A stretch of 64,000 bases of DNA. It comes from Minisyncoccia bacterium. GTDB taxonomy: Bacteria > Patescibacteriota > Minisyncoccia > Phycocordibacterales > CAJBRS01. The stretch covers positions 142,205 to 206,204 of the forward strand of contig JBBQRF010000001.1 of the NCBI GenBank assembly GCA_038215155.1. Reading direction: 5' to 3'. Made by a program: the position numbers and the translations under genes. Each line of letters begins with the position of its first letter. Positions within the stretch are counted from its first letter, which is position 1. Positions 36,536-46,308 of this stretch are shown here, piece by piece. The notes beneath the pieces were generated by a model. The model made no database searches, was not told the DNA's origin, and saw only the letters and a list, made by a program, of their open reading frames with translations.

Positions 36536-36753
36536 TGCCCTCTAGAAACCTTGCCCTCTGTATGGCCTTGTTTATCTTCATCTCCTGGTCAGTTTGTTAC
36601 TTTCTCGGCTTCCCTGTTTTTATCGCCCTGGTAATCGCAGCATGTCTGTTCTTTAAACAGTTTTGTGGCCTGCTCCTAAATATTGGAGTCTGTGCCCTTC
36701 TAATTTTTTTAGGTTCAGTAGCCTTTATAAGATCTTTGAAGCGACCGACTTAG
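36536..36753 (+). CDS. possible small membrane protein (C-terminal part of ORF-track 36274..36753)
   Basis: Two hydrophobic helices. The upstream part of this ORF overlaps pyrG on the antisense strand, so that part is probably spurious. Confidence 0.2.
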
Positions 36754-36764
36754 TCGGTTTTTAT

Positions 36765-37691
36765 TTAAACTTTAAGATATTTCTTCACAGCTAGGAAGCT
36801 CGAGACGGTGCCAAGAAATAACCCAGCTCCAATGATCACTAAGGAGATCTGCCAGAGGTGGCTAATATAATAACTAAATAAATTTAAGCCGGTGCCTAAA
36901 CGTTCTGTAAGAGGTCCGAAGCCGAAAGTGATTGGATAGAGCAGAATTAAAGTGACGAGGGCAGAAATAATGCCATACATTAAACCAGCCGTTACAAACG
37001 GCCCGCGAATAAACATGTTAGAAGCTCCCACCAATCTCATTACAGAAATTTCTTCTCGGGAAATATAAATAGCTAGTCTAATAGTGTTAAAAGTAATGAG
37101 AATGGAAATCAAAACAAAGAAAATCCCAAGAATGAGGCCAATCTTACTGGAAGAATCAATAATGCGATTAAGAGCATCGATAGCTGCCTTATTCTCAGAA
37201 TAATTAATCTTGTCAATAATTGACGAGCTAGGAGAAATGGCGGACGCTTTAGTTTCTACAAAATTAGCAATGCTTTCGTATTGCGAAGGGTCTTTGGCCT
37301 TAATATTTAAACTAGCGCCAAGCGGATTGTCATTCAATTCATCAAGGGCTTGTAGGGTAAGCTGGTCACTAGAATGTTTTCCTCGAAAGTTATTCAAGGC
37401 CTGCTCTCGGGAGATGTATGAAACACTGGCAACTTCTGGCTGAGATTTAATAGAATTTTCTAGACTGAAAATCTGATCTTCTGGTGCGGTAGTGACAAAA
37501 TAAACATTAACGTCAACCTTTTCTTTAATTCCAGATAGTGTCGATTGCAGCATCGCTCCGATAAAAATCAGAGCGGCAATTACCGACAAAGTAACTGTCA
37601 TCACTAAAACAGAAGCTAAAGAAACATAGCCATTTCGCCAAAAGCTGACAAATCCTGATTTAATTACCCGTTTTACTTTAGTCCAAAACAT
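36765..37691 (-). CDS. ftsX: cell division permease FtsX
   Basis: 4-TM FtsX-like permease immediately downstream of ftsE. Confidence 0.8.
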   Translation of the reverse strand: MFWTKVKRVIKSGFVSFWRNGYVSLASVLVMTVTLSVIAALIFIGAMLQSTLSGIKEKVDVNVYFVTTAPEDQIFSLENSIKSQPEVASVSYISREQALNNFRGKHSSDQLTLQALDELNDNPLGASLNIKAKDPSQYESIANFVETKASAISPSSSIIDKINYSENKAAIDALNRIIDSSSKIGLILGIFFVLISILITFNTIRLAIYISREEISVMRLVGASNMFIRGPFVTAGLMYGIISALVTLILLYPITFGFGPLTERLGTGLNLFSYYISHLWQISLVIIGAGLFLGTVSSFLAVKKYLKV

Positions 37692-37694
37692 AAA

Positions 37695-38375
37695 TTACAA
37701 AATATATTTACCACTTTTATCATCACGAATAATTTTACCATGCTCCAGAGTTATTACTCTTTTCTCCAAAGAATCAATCACTCCTTTATTGTGTGTGGTT
37801 AGAATTACAGTGGTGCCTAGATCATTTATCTTTTTCAGAATTTGGACAACATCGTAAGTGTTTACTGGATCAAGATTTCCGGTAGGCTCATCGGCAATGA
37901 TTAGATCGGGTTGATTTACTATGGCGCGAGCGATAGCTACTCGTTGCTTTTCTCCACCAGAAAGCTGATGCGGAAAATTCCAAATTTTACGGCCAAGATC
38001 TACCAGTTCTAGTACGTGCGGCACATCAGCAGCAATCTCCTCTTCGCTGCGACCGGCGGCTTCCATGGCAAAAGCAATATTTTCGTAAGCAGTTTTATCG
38101 GGAAGAAGGCGAAAGTCCTGAAAAACTGTGCCAATACGACGGCGGTATTTATTTATTTCACCCCGACGAAAATTATGGACGTTTGTTGATTCAAAAAAAA
38201 CTGAGCCGGAGGTTGGTAGTTCCTCGGCAAGAATCATCTTTATAAGAGTGGTTTTGCCGGCGCCAGATTGACCGACTACTGAAATGAATTCTTTTGGCTC
38301 TACGTTGAAGCTAACGTCCTCCAAAGCGACGGAATTATCAGCATAGATTTTTGAGACCTTATCAAAATAAATCAT
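37695..38375 (-). CDS. ftsE: cell division ATP-binding protein FtsE
   Basis: GQSGAGKTT, LSGGEKQRVAIARA, IIADEPTGNLD. Confidence 0.85.
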   Translation of the reverse strand: MIYFDKVSKIYADNSVALEDVSFNVEPKEFISVVGQSGAGKTTLIKMILAEELPTSGSVFFESTNVHNFRRGEINKYRRRIGTVFQDFRLLPDKTAYENIAFAMEAAGRSEEEIAADVPHVLELVDLGRKIWNFPHQLSGGEKQRVAIARAIVNQPDLIIADEPTGNLDPVNTYDVVQILKKINDLGTTVILTTHNKGVIDSLEKRVITLEHGKIIRDDKSGKYIL

Positions 38376-38420
38376 AGAGTTTTAGTATAACAAATTTAGA
38401 GACGAGGGAAAAAGCTTAGA

Positions 38421-39305
38421 TTACAGACCTTTTTCCGCTTGAATAAATTCGTCTAGCTCTCCGTCAAGGACTTTGTCAACTTGGCTGGTTTCGACGTTAG
38501 TGCGATGGTCTTTGACCATTTTGTACGGGTGCAGCACGTAAGAGCGAATTTGGTTGCCCCATTCTGCGTCCGTGGTTTTAGAAATATACATGCCTTTTTC
38601 CTTAGCCATTCTTTCCTGCTCTTTTAAAGAGTAGATCTTTCCGGCTAATAAGGCCAAGGCCCTATCCTTGTTTTGAGCTTGAGAGCGTTCGGTGTCAACA
38701 TGGACAGCGAGCTTAGTCGGTTTATGAACGATGCGTACTGAAGTCTCGCGTTTGTTGACGTTCTGACCTCCGGGGCCACTTGATCTTTGGAAGGTTATTT
38801 CTATATCATCTTCGGGAATTCTAAATTCTGTTAACTTTTCAAATTTGGGAATAACTTCTACCATGGAAAAAGAAGTGTGACGAAGTTTTTTTGAATTAAA
38901 TGGGGAAAGGCGCACCAACCGATGAACCCCTGATTCGTTTTTTATAGTTCCGTAAACATTTCGGCCGTTGACCTCGAAAGTTAAATTGCGATATCCGCCA
39001 TGATCGTTTTGATTTTGGTGGAGGATGACTGCTTGCCACCCTTTCCTCTCAATAAACTTGCGATACATTTCAAATAGGATGCGGGAAAAATCCTCAGAGT
39101 CGTCTCCGCCGGCGCCGCTAAAAATAGTAATTATCGCCGGGCCAGCGTCGTAGGGACCGCCGCCAGGGTTTGAGGCGGCGGCTTTCAATTCCTGCAATTC
39201 TTTAATGGTCGCTTGGGCCTTTTCTTTATCACTCCAAAAATTCGGCTCCCCTATTTTAGTTTCTAAATCCTCAATTTGTTTTTTAATATCTTTCATAAGT
39301 GCCAT
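38421..39305 (-). CDS. prfB: peptide chain release factor 2 (single ORF, no programmed +1 frameshift; short N-terminus)
   Basis: SPF tripeptide (RF2-specific) and GGQ motif; SD GAGGGA 6 nt upstream of the start; only 16 nt separate it from the upstream tRNA. Confidence 0.85.
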   Translation of the reverse strand: MALMKDIKKQIEDLETKIGEPNFWSDKEKAQATIKELQELKAAASNPGGGPYDAGPAIITIFSGAGGDDSEDFSRILFEMYRKFIERKGWQAVILHQNQNDHGGYRNLTFEVNGRNVYGTIKNESGVHRLVRLSPFNSKKLRHTSFSMVEVIPKFEKLTEFRIPEDDIEITFQRSSGPGGQNVNKRETSVRIVHKPTKLAVHVDTERSQAQNKDRALALLAGKIYSLKEQERMAKEKGMYISKTTDAEWGNQIRSYVLHPYKMVKDHRTNVETSQVDKVLDGELDEFIQAEKGL

Positions 39306-39321
39306 ATGCTTCCCTCGCCAG

Positions 39322-39394
39322 AGCCGGAGGCCAGAATTGAACTGGCGACCTCTGCTTTACGAAAGCATTGCTCTACCAACTGAGCTACTCCGGC
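39322..39394 (-). tRNA. tRNA-Thr(CGU)
   Basis: GCCGGAG-TA-GCTC-AGTTGGTA-GAGC-A-ATGCT-TTCGTAA-AGCAG-AGGTC-GCCAG-TTCAATT-CTGGC-CTCCGGC-T. Confidence 0.8.
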
Positions 39395-39442
39395 TCTGGC
39401 AAGACAATCGAGGTCGGGCCAACTAAAAAAGTTTAACACACA

Positions 39443-39708
39443 TGGAGCCGTTGTCCGGGATCGAACCGGAGACCTCTTCCTTCGTTTACACCTCTTTTTC
39501 AAATATATAAGAGGACTAGACTGTATCTTAATCCTTCTAAAGAAGGATTCCTTTGTCAGTCGTTCGAGCGTTTCAAAAAGATACGCTACGGTCTTAACCT
39601 AGGATTTAGGCCTTTAACCGTTATTGAGGATACACCCAAAGAATTACTTCTTTGAGGGGCAAATGTCGCTTTACCATGGAAGTGCTCTACCAGCTGAGCT
39701 ACAACGGC
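39443..39708 (-). tRNA. tRNA-Thr(GGU) interrupted by a 190-nt intron in the anticodon loop (CCA encoded)
   Basis: 5' exon GCCGTTG-TA-GCTC-AGCTGGTA-GAGC-A-CTTCC-ATGGT (39673-39708). 3' exon AA-GGAAG-AGGTC-TCCGG-TTCGATC-CCGGA-CAACGGC-T-CCA (39443-39482). Exon halves pair perfectly in the acceptor and anticodon stems. Confidence 0.7.
39483..39672 (-). ncRNA. group I-like self-splicing intron (190 nt) inserted after U36 of tRNA-Thr(GGU)
   Basis: 5' exon ends in U and the intron ends in G (omega G). Candidate P7 strands GACUGAC/CAGUC with an S-like UAAGAUACAGUCUAGUCC element. Hairpins consistent with P2, P5, P6, P8 (AAUCCUUCU-UUAG-AAGGAUU) and P9. Confidence 0.5.
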
Positions 39709-39735
39709 ATACTTTATATATGCTCGGTAATAATA

Positions 39736-40341
39736 TTATAAAGTTTGTAGATTTTCAATTGATTTATATAAAATATCGCGCAATTTTTTGTTATTGTAAT
39801 AGACAGTAACCACACCGTATTTCGATTTATTTTTATAGGTACCTGGATTTTTTGAAGGAGTAATTATTGTTTTATAAAACTTGTTTTTATCTACCTTTAG
39901 TTTCGGAAGCCAGTAATTAAATACTTCTTCCTCCGACAAATCATTAAAGATTTGCAATCCAAATCTTAATTTGTCTTGATCGATATTGTAAATAATTTTT
40001 AGAAAATCAATAAATTTTATAATCAGAGCAGGATCCGAATTTCCTAGTCGAATTGAATACTGGTTGCGTTTATTTCCTTCTCCCCAATAAAGTCCCACTC
40101 CTATTCCATACAGAAAGAACTCTGATATTTTAAAATTTTCTCTAATTTTAAAAGGGTGACCATTTGGGTTCCATTTTATATAACTGGCGTCAGAAATTGA
40201 TCTTTTTTTAATATTATATTTTTTTATCCAATAATTAACTTTGTTTTCCGAGCATCTCAATATTTGGCCGATTTCAGCACTAGATTTTCTCTTTTTATTA
40301 TAGAGATCTATTAAGGTCTCTTTGGATATTGTTTGCATCAT
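39736..40341 (-). CDS. HTH plus LAGLIDADG-like (homing-endonuclease-like) domain protein
   Basis: N-terminal HTH (SSAEIGQILRCSENKVNYWIKKYNI); motif FLYGIGVGLYWGEGNK followed by QYSIRLGNSDPALIIKFIDFLKIIY, resembling a LAGLIDGEG helix-strand core. Its stop lies 28 nt from the 5' end of the intron-containing tRNA. Confidence 0.35.
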   Translation of the reverse strand: MMQTISKETLIDLYNKKRKSSAEIGQILRCSENKVNYWIKKYNIKKRSISDASYIKWNPNGHPFKIRENFKISEFFLYGIGVGLYWGEGNKRNQYSIRLGNSDPALIIKFIDFLKIIYNIDQDKLRFGLQIFNDLSEEEVFNYWLPKLKVDKNKFYKTIITPSKNPGTYKNKSKYGVVTVYYNNKKLRDILYKSIENLQTL

Positions 40342-40452
40342 TTAAATTTTATACTTCTGACATAAAATTTATATAAAGAAACGATAAAGCCGATTTTATC
40401 TTTCATCCCCACCACCAAAGTATTTGGAGGATAAATAAAATATAATTAAATT

Positions 40453-41124
40453 ATGAGAATTTTAGTAATCGAAGATGATCCAGATATTGCCCTATTTTTG
40501 AAAAGCGCCCTAACGGAGGAAGGATTTTCTCTGGATGTAGCTATGGATGGTGAGCGCGGCTCCTACCTCGCCCGCACAAATGAATACGACCTGATTATTC
40601 TAGATTTTGTATTACCGAAAAAGGATGGCAAAACTATCTGTCAGGAAATTCGCAATACTGGAAATAGTGTTCCTATCATTATGCTCACCGTCCGCACTGA
40701 AATTCCCGACAAGATCAGCATGCTCCATTTAGGAGTTGACGATTATGTCACTAAGCCCTTTTCTTTTGACGAACTAGTGGCCCGTATTCGGACAATTCTT
40801 AAACGACCGCAGGTAATGATTAATAATCCTATTTCTTTCTCTACCCTTACTCTAGATTCCCAAAAACAAATGGCGTGGAAAGGTAAACAGGAAATCTACT
40901 TAACTCGAAAAGAATTCCAGCTATTAGAGCTCTTCATGAAAAATGCCGGCAAGGTCCTATCACGCGGCACTATCATGGAACATGTTTGGACTATTGATAG
41001 CGATCCATTTTCAAACACCATTGAGGCGCACGTTCTTAATTTAAGAAGAAAGATTGATACCGGACGCCAGAAGCTTATTCACACGGTTCCGGGCCGCGGC
41101 TATAAAATGGATATTAAGAAATGA
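40453..41124 (+). CDS. OmpR/PhoB-family response regulator (orphan, no kinase nearby)
   Basis: Receiver Asp pocket (LIILDFVLPKKDG) and winged-helix C-domain. Confidence 0.85.
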   Translation: MRILVIEDDPDIALFLKSALTEEGFSLDVAMDGERGSYLARTNEYDLIILDFVLPKKDGKTICQEIRNTGNSVPIIMLTVRTEIPDKISMLHLGVDDYVTKPFSFDELVARIRTILKRPQVMINNPISFSTLTLDSQKQMAWKGKQEIYLTRKEFQLLELFMKNAGKVLSRGTIMEHVWTIDSDPFSNTIEAHVLNLRRKIDTGRQKLIHTVPGRGYKMDIKK

Positions 41125-41159
41125 ATGGTGGCGGAGGCAAAGCTCCCGCCGCCATTCCC

Positions 41160-41522
41160 CTACTTCTTCTTATGGAGCGTAATTTTATTCTTATCCGGAT
41201 CTCGAATAACAATCATTTGGCAGCTGGGAAAATCATGAGGTCCCGTGACTATCGGCACGTTGTTTTTCTTAATCATCTCAAGCGCTTCCTCAAAGTTTTC
41301 TACTTCCAATGCTGCAGAGGCGCCGTCTTCAGAGGGTTTCCACATGTCAGGTGCGTAGCCAATAGCTAGCGACCCACTTCCAACGTTGTACTCTACATAA
41401 TCTGGATTTTTAGTGCCATCAAATTCATTATTAGGCTCAAGTCCTAAAACTCCTTCATAAAAAGCTCGAGCCTTAACCATATCGTTAACTGGATAAGCGA
41501 CAAAAGCAATATCTTTAATCAT
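41160..41522 (-). CDS. VOC/glyoxalase-family protein
   Basis: MIKDIAFVAYPVNDMVKARAFYEGVLGL pattern. Confidence 0.65.
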   Translation of the reverse strand: MIKDIAFVAYPVNDMVKARAFYEGVLGLEPNNEFDGTKNPDYVEYNVGSGSLAIGYAPDMWKPSEDGASAALEVENFEEALEMIKKNNVPIVTGPHDFPSCQMIVIRDPDKNKITLHKKK

Positions 41523-41554
41523 AAAATATAAGAATTACTAATAACAATTTTATC

Positions 41555-42373
41555 TTAACACACAAATTTACTAATTAATTTTGAAAATATCGAGAGAGGC
41601 AATATCTTTCTCATAAAAATAAGCAGTTTTGCAGTACCATCAGGGGTTCGTCTTAGTTTGTTTGATGAACCTGCCGCTTTATAAATTTCCTTAGCGACAA
41701 TTAAGGGGTCGGCTCCTCTTGCACCTATCTGATCAATTCTTTTTATAAACAATGAATATCTTTCATCGTATACTTTTAATTCTTCCGTCACGACAGATTG
41801 AATTTTATTTTCAAAAAATTTTGTTTTTATAGAACCGGGCTCAATAAGTCGTATTCGAATACCAAATTTAGAGACTTCCTGATACAGTCCCTCAGCAAAT
41901 CCCTCAAGTGCCCATTTTGAAGATGAATAGGCAGAAAAAAATGGCATAGACATACGACTGAACATCGAGGATACGAAAACGATCGTTCCCTCTCCTTTCG
42001 CTCGCATAAATGGAAGTACGGCACGAGTTAAACGCATGGCCCCAAAGAGGTTTACCTCAAATTGGTCTAACAATTGTTCATCAGTTAAAGATTCGAAAGG
42101 GCCAGCAAGCCCATAGCCGGCATTATTTACCAGCACGTCTATTGATCCCAAGTGTTCTATTGCTGCTTTGACGGATCTCTCAACCATCCCAGAATCTCGC
42201 ACGTCTAATTCAATTATTTTTAAATTTTCAGGTTTTATTTTTTTTAAATCATTGGCTTCTCCCGGAAGAACCGTCCCCACTACATTCCATCCTTTGGAAA
42301 CAAAATACTTTGCTGTCGCCTCTCCAATGCCTGAAGATATTCCTGTAATAAGGATATTTTTCATACAATTCAA
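41555..42373 (-). CDS. SDR-family oxidoreductase
   Basis: TGISSGIGEATA Rossmann motif; YSSSK catalytic motif. Confidence 0.85.
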   Translation of the reverse strand: MNCMKNILITGISSGIGEATAKYFVSKGWNVVGTVLPGEANDLKKIKPENLKIIELDVRDSGMVERSVKAAIEHLGSIDVLVNNAGYGLAGPFESLTDEQLLDQFEVNLFGAMRLTRAVLPFMRAKGEGTIVFVSSMFSRMSMPFFSAYSSSKWALEGFAEGLYQEVSKFGIRIRLIEPGSIKTKFFENKIQSVVTEELKVYDERYSLFIKRIDQIGARGADPLIVAKEIYKAAGSSNKLRRTPDGTAKLLIFMRKILPLSIFSKLISKFVC

Positions 42374-42390
42374 TAGCCCACACTATTATT

Positions 42391-42813
42391 TTAGCTCTGG
42401 AAATCAACCTCAAATGAATACATCCCCATTCCGCACGTCCCTTGCAAGGTAGCCAACTGCTTGTTCCCAACATCAACGTCAGTTGACCCAGTTTGCGGTA
42501 GTACCTTGCTTATATTCAAACTAGGAATTCGGATTGAGGAAGAACAATCAAATGTTCCGTTAGTATCAAATCGTATGATTGTAGGCAGTCCAGCTTTTGC
42601 GACACTCTTCTGTGGTTGGAAACCACCCTTAGCATTGATCGTAATGATCTGGTTGCCATCTATAACACTGACATTGTTTCCAGCCACCTGATTACCTGTT
42701 TGAGATTGAGAATTTCCTCTGGTAAATATGAATACTCCCCCGATGAGGACGACTGCTACGATGATTGATATGATGATTGTTTTCATGTGATTTTGCGAAA
42801 TCATGTCGCGCAA
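42391..42813 (-). CDS. membrane-anchored cupredoxin-like putative copper-binding protein
   Basis: N-terminal TM; C-terminal LQGTCGMGMYSFEVDF (Cys/Met-rich cupredoxin-like end); in the copper gene neighbourhood. Confidence 0.4.
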   Translation of the reverse strand: MRDMISQNHMKTIIISIIVAVVLIGGVFIFTRGNSQSQTGNQVAGNNVSVIDGNQIITINAKGGFQPQKSVAKAGLPTIIRFDTNGTFDCSSSIRIPSLNISKVLPQTGSTDVDVGNKQLATLQGTCGMGMYSFEVDFQS

Positions 42814-42855
42814 CCGTCCATTAAAGCGCGACTTGTTTATTATAATAAAATTAAT

Positions 42856-43887
42856 CTAAAAATTAAAGATTGGCGGAATAACTCCAATCACCACTAAACT
42901 ATTAATTAGGTTGAATAGGGCGAACATTATCACCACAAGTCCTGCACTTTTGAAAAAAATGCCAGCTTTTGAGCTATTTTGAATACTAAATGAACTGAAG
43001 CTGATTAATGCTAAGACAGGTAATGTACCGAGCGCGAATGCAAGCATGGTGAGTCCTCCTTTTAGAAAACTTCCCGTGCTGAGGGTGTAAAGCTGCATGG
43101 ACTGTGTAAATCCGCAGGGAAGAAAAAATGTGGCGATACCAACGAGCAGAGGCGTGAGGGTGTGATTGAATTTTGATACTCCATGAGCGTGTTTTGCAAT
43201 AAATTTAGGCATCGATGGTTGAAGTTTTTTCGCCCATGGAAAGACATCGAGAAGATTGATCCCGAGAATGAGCATGACAATACCTATAATTAAGCTGAGG
43301 GTAAATGTCGCAGAGGTATTGAGAGTAAATGCCGCACCTAACGCACCGATAACCCCGCCAAGTATAAAGAATGAGACGATACGACCCCCATGGAACATCA
43401 GTTGGGGTTTTATTTTATCCCCTTCTTTTGCAAAGGTGGCCGACATCGAGAGGAGAAGTCCTCCAACTACTGCCATACATGTGGAGAGTGAGGCAATGAT
43501 GCCAATGATAAATGCCGTGCCGTATGTAACTTTTCCTCCTCCGACTAAACTAATCAGTCCAATTTTTTGTAGAACAACAAACAAGACTGCGAAACCGAGT
43601 GCTATCGGAACTGCAATTTTGAAGTCAGTCCATTTTCTTTCTTTTACTTGTTTCTCAACTGAAACTGTATATCCATGTCGTTTGAGAGGAATGGTTAAGT
43701 CTTCTGCGATTTGTTCAGGTGTCTTATTGCCAAAATCTCCAACGACTTCGACAGAATGATTTTTAAGATTTGATTTAACTTGAGTGATATTCGAGAGATC
43801 ACCAAGCTCGCTTTCAGTCATAAGGATGCACGCCTTGCAGTGCATGCCGTGAACGTGGAAGGTGTATTTTTGTGTTTGTGTAGTCAT
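42856..43887 (-). CDS. heavy-metal-associated (HMA) domain fused to CcdA/DsbD-like transmembrane thiol-disulfide transporter
   Basis: N-terminal GMHCKAC metal-binding motif; TM Cys motifs SLSTCMAV and FFLPCGF resembling CcdA SPC/LPC. Confidence 0.55.
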   Translation of the reverse strand: MTTQTQKYTFHVHGMHCKACILMTESELGDLSNITQVKSNLKNHSVEVVGDFGNKTPEQIAEDLTIPLKRHGYTVSVEKQVKERKWTDFKIAVPIALGFAVLFVVLQKIGLISLVGGGKVTYGTAFIIGIIASLSTCMAVVGGLLLSMSATFAKEGDKIKPQLMFHGGRIVSFFILGGVIGALGAAFTLNTSATFTLSLIIGIVMLILGINLLDVFPWAKKLQPSMPKFIAKHAHGVSKFNHTLTPLLVGIATFFLPCGFTQSMQLYTLSTGSFLKGGLTMLAFALGTLPVLALISFSSFSIQNSSKAGIFFKSAGLVVIMFALFNLINSLVVIGVIPPIFNF

Positions 43888-43905
43888 AATGATTATGTTT
43901 TTTTA

Positions 43906-46308
43906 TTAAAGTTGCTTCGTCTTAATTCGCAGCGAGTTCGACACCACTGATACGCTCGAAAAGGCCATGGCCAAGCCTGCAAATACTGGATTGAGAAGCC
44001 AGCCAAAAATCGGATAAAACACTCCGGCGGCAAGAGGGATACCTACGATGTTATAGATAAATGCCCAAAATAGATTTTGTTTGATGCCCCGCATGGTCAT
44101 CTTTGAAAGTTTGATTGCCTTCACCAGTTTTGAGATGTCCCCACCGAGAAGAGTAATGCCGGCCGACTCTATCGCCACATCGGTTCCAGTCCCCATGGCA
44201 ATACCCACATCAGCTTGAGCAAGTGCTGGTGCATCATTTACTCCATCCCCTGCCATTGCCACAATTCGTCCCTGCGATTGCAGCTCTCTTATTTTTGCCA
44301 GTTTATCTTGTGGCAAAACATGAGCAATCACATCGTCAATGCCGACAAGAGACCCTATATACTTTGCTGCCTTTTCATCGTCTCCGGTAAGCATAACCAC
44401 TTTAATTCCGAGGGCGTGAAGATTCTTCACCGCCTCGACTGATTCTGTTTTTATCTCATCAGCCACCATGACAAAGCCGAGCACTTTTCCCTCGTCTGCT
44501 TCCGAACCAACGTGAGGGTGGGCAGGTTTCGTTGCGAGAATAACTGGAGTCTTGCCCTGCGAAGTGAATTCATCTAATTTTGTGGGATCAAAGGAAATCT
44601 TGAGGTCGGTAAGCATTTTTGTATTGCCGACAAAATATTCAATGCCATTAACCGATCCTTTAAGTCCCTTGCCTTGAATACTTTCGAAATTCAGAACATC
44701 ATACAAGGAAATATTTTTCTCTTCCTCCCTTACAGGATCTTGAATGTAGTTTATGATTGCGTTTGCAATTGGATGTTCAGACTTCTTTTCAAGAGATGCG
44801 ATTATCGAGATCAGTTCTTCATCCCTTTGATTGGAAAGGTTGACGATATCTACGAGCGTTGGTTTGCCGATAGTGATCGTCCCTGTCTTATCAACCACTA
44901 CCGTATTTACCTTATGAAGCTTCTCGAGAGTTGCAGCGTCTTTAATCAATATTCCTTCTTTTGCTCCCTTGCCAACACCGATGATGATAGCGGTTGGGGT
45001 TGCTAGTCCGAGAGCACAAGGACAAGCAATGACAAGTACTCCGACAAATGAAACAAGGCCGTATGAGAGTGCTTGTGAGAAGCCGAGTGCTTCGGTACCA
45101 AAGAAAAGCCATACTCCCAGTGCAAGGAAGGCGATGGCGAGGACGATAGGTACGAATACGGATGAAATCTTATCTGCCAGAGCTTGAATGGGCGCTTTAC
45201 TACCTTGGGCTTCTTCTACCATTTTTATGATTTGGGCGAGCAACGTTTCAGACCCGACTTTTGTGGCTTTAAAAGTAAATGACCCATTTGTGTTCATCGT
45301 ACCGGCCACAACAGAATCGCTAATTTTCTTTTGGACGGGCATTGGCTCGCCAGTGACCATTGATTCGTCCACGAACGATGATCCTTCGCTTATCACCCCG
45401 TCGACAGGAATCTTTGCCCCAGGTTTTACGATGATCAAATCCCCATGCTTCACCTCAACAATTTCAATCTCTACTTCTTTTCCATCACGAATGACGAGCG
45501 CAGTTTTTGCCTGAAGATTGAGAAGCTTTTCGATGGCGTCTCCTGTCTTTATTTTCGATCGAGCTTCCAGATATTTGCCGAGAGCGATAAAGGTGATGAC
45601 CACGATCGTAACGTCGTAGTAAGTGTGATTAACATTTATGTATGGGCGAAGTGCTTCTTCAAAAGCCATGACCACGAAGCTGTATGCATAGGCTGCAACA
45701 GTTCCGATACCGATGAGCGTGTCCATATTTGCTTTGCCATAACGCAGAAATCGATAGAAACCGAGAAGGTAGGGCTTTCCTACTACAAAGAGCGTATAGG
45801 TCGCCATCAAAGGTAGAAGGTGATGAAAGAATTCACTCACCGTATAGCTCATTGCGGGCACTGCTTTGTATTGAGCTAAAATATCCCAGCCCATGACAAA
45901 AATACTAATGATGGCAAGTGGAATAGCTGATATGACTTTAGTCCGCATATCTTTTACCTCTGCGAGCTTTCCATCTTTTGACTGATTGAGGCCGAGGTGG
46001 GCGGCATGTTCGTCGGGAGACATACCCATTTCTTTGGCTGATTGAGTGTGATTAGTATGAGGATTGCTTTCTGATAGAACGAGAGAATATCCTAATGGTT
46101 CTATTTTTTTTGAAAGCGCCTGAGCATTTGTCTTTGACTCATCGAAGCTTACCTTTGCTTTTTCTGTCCCATAGTTCACCTCTACAGACTGAACACCTTC
46201 CATTTTCTTGAAAGTCTTTTCAATAATCGAAGAACACGAGGCACAATGCATTCCTTTTACTTTGTATACTTTTGTATTCATATGATTTAGCAAAATCATG
46301 CTGGGCAT
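43906..46308 (-). CDS. copA: copper-translocating P1B-type ATPase
   Basis: N-terminal [12 protein letters not shown]; CPC motif [12 protein letters not shown]; DKTGTIT; HP and GDGVNDAP motifs. Confidence 0.95.
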   Translation of the reverse strand: MPSMILLNHMNTKVYKVKGMHCASCSSIIEKTFKKMEGVQSVEVNYGTEKAKVSFDESKTNAQALSKKIEPLGYSLVLSESNPHTNHTQSAKEMGMSPDEHAAHLGLNQSKDGKLAEVKDMRTKVISAIPLAIISIFVMGWDILAQYKAVPAMSYTVSEFFHHLLPLMATYTLFVVGKPYLLGFYRFLRYGKANMDTLIGIGTVAAYAYSFVVMAFEEALRPYINVNHTYYDVTIVVITFIALGKYLEARSKIKTGDAIEKLLNLQAKTALVIRDGKEVEIEIVEVKHGDLIIVKPGAKIPVDGVISEGSSFVDESMVTGEPMPVQKKISDSVVAGTMNTNGSFTFKATKVGSETLLAQIIKMVEEAQGSKAPIQALADKISSVFVPIVLAIAFLALGVWLFFGTEALGFSQALSYGLVSFVGVLVIACPCALGLATPTAIIIGVGKGAKEGILIKDAATLEKLHKVNTVVVDKTGTITIGKPTLVDIVNLSNQRDEELISIIASLEKKSEHPIANAIINYIQDPVREEEKNISLYDVLNFESIQGKGLKGSVNGIEYFVGNTKMLTDLKISFDPTKLDEFTSQGKTPVILATKPAHPHVGSEADEGKVLGFVMVADEIKTESVEAVKNLHALGIKVVMLTGDDEKAAKYIGSLVGIDDVIAHVLPQDKLAKIRELQSQGRIVAMAGDGVNDAPALAQADVGIAMGTGTDVAIESAGITLLGGDISKLVKAIKLSKMTMRGIKQNLFWAFIYNIVGIPLAAGVFYPIFGWLLNPVFAGLAMAFSSVSVVSNSLRIKTKQL

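Noticed and set aside
39205-39502. ORFs 39205..39426 (+) and 39293..39502 (-)
   Set aside because: They overlap the prfB 5' end and tRNA-Thr genes, including an antisense read-through of a tRNA; spurious
40453-41124. Response regulator as part of a two-component operon
   Set aside because: No histidine kinase ORF is adjacent on either side, so it is annotated as an orphan regulator only
41121-41369. ORF 41121..41369 (+), 82 aa
   Set aside because: It is antisense to the VOC-family gene 41160..41522 and has an Arg/Cys-rich odd composition
43062-45816. Several 70-170 aa ORFs antisense or out of frame within the HMA-CcdA and copA genes (43062..43280, 43256..43759, 44215..44442, 44674..45006, 44969..45187, 45188..45514, 45445..45816)
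   Set aside because: They are embedded in long, motif-rich minus-strand ORFs and have no independent support
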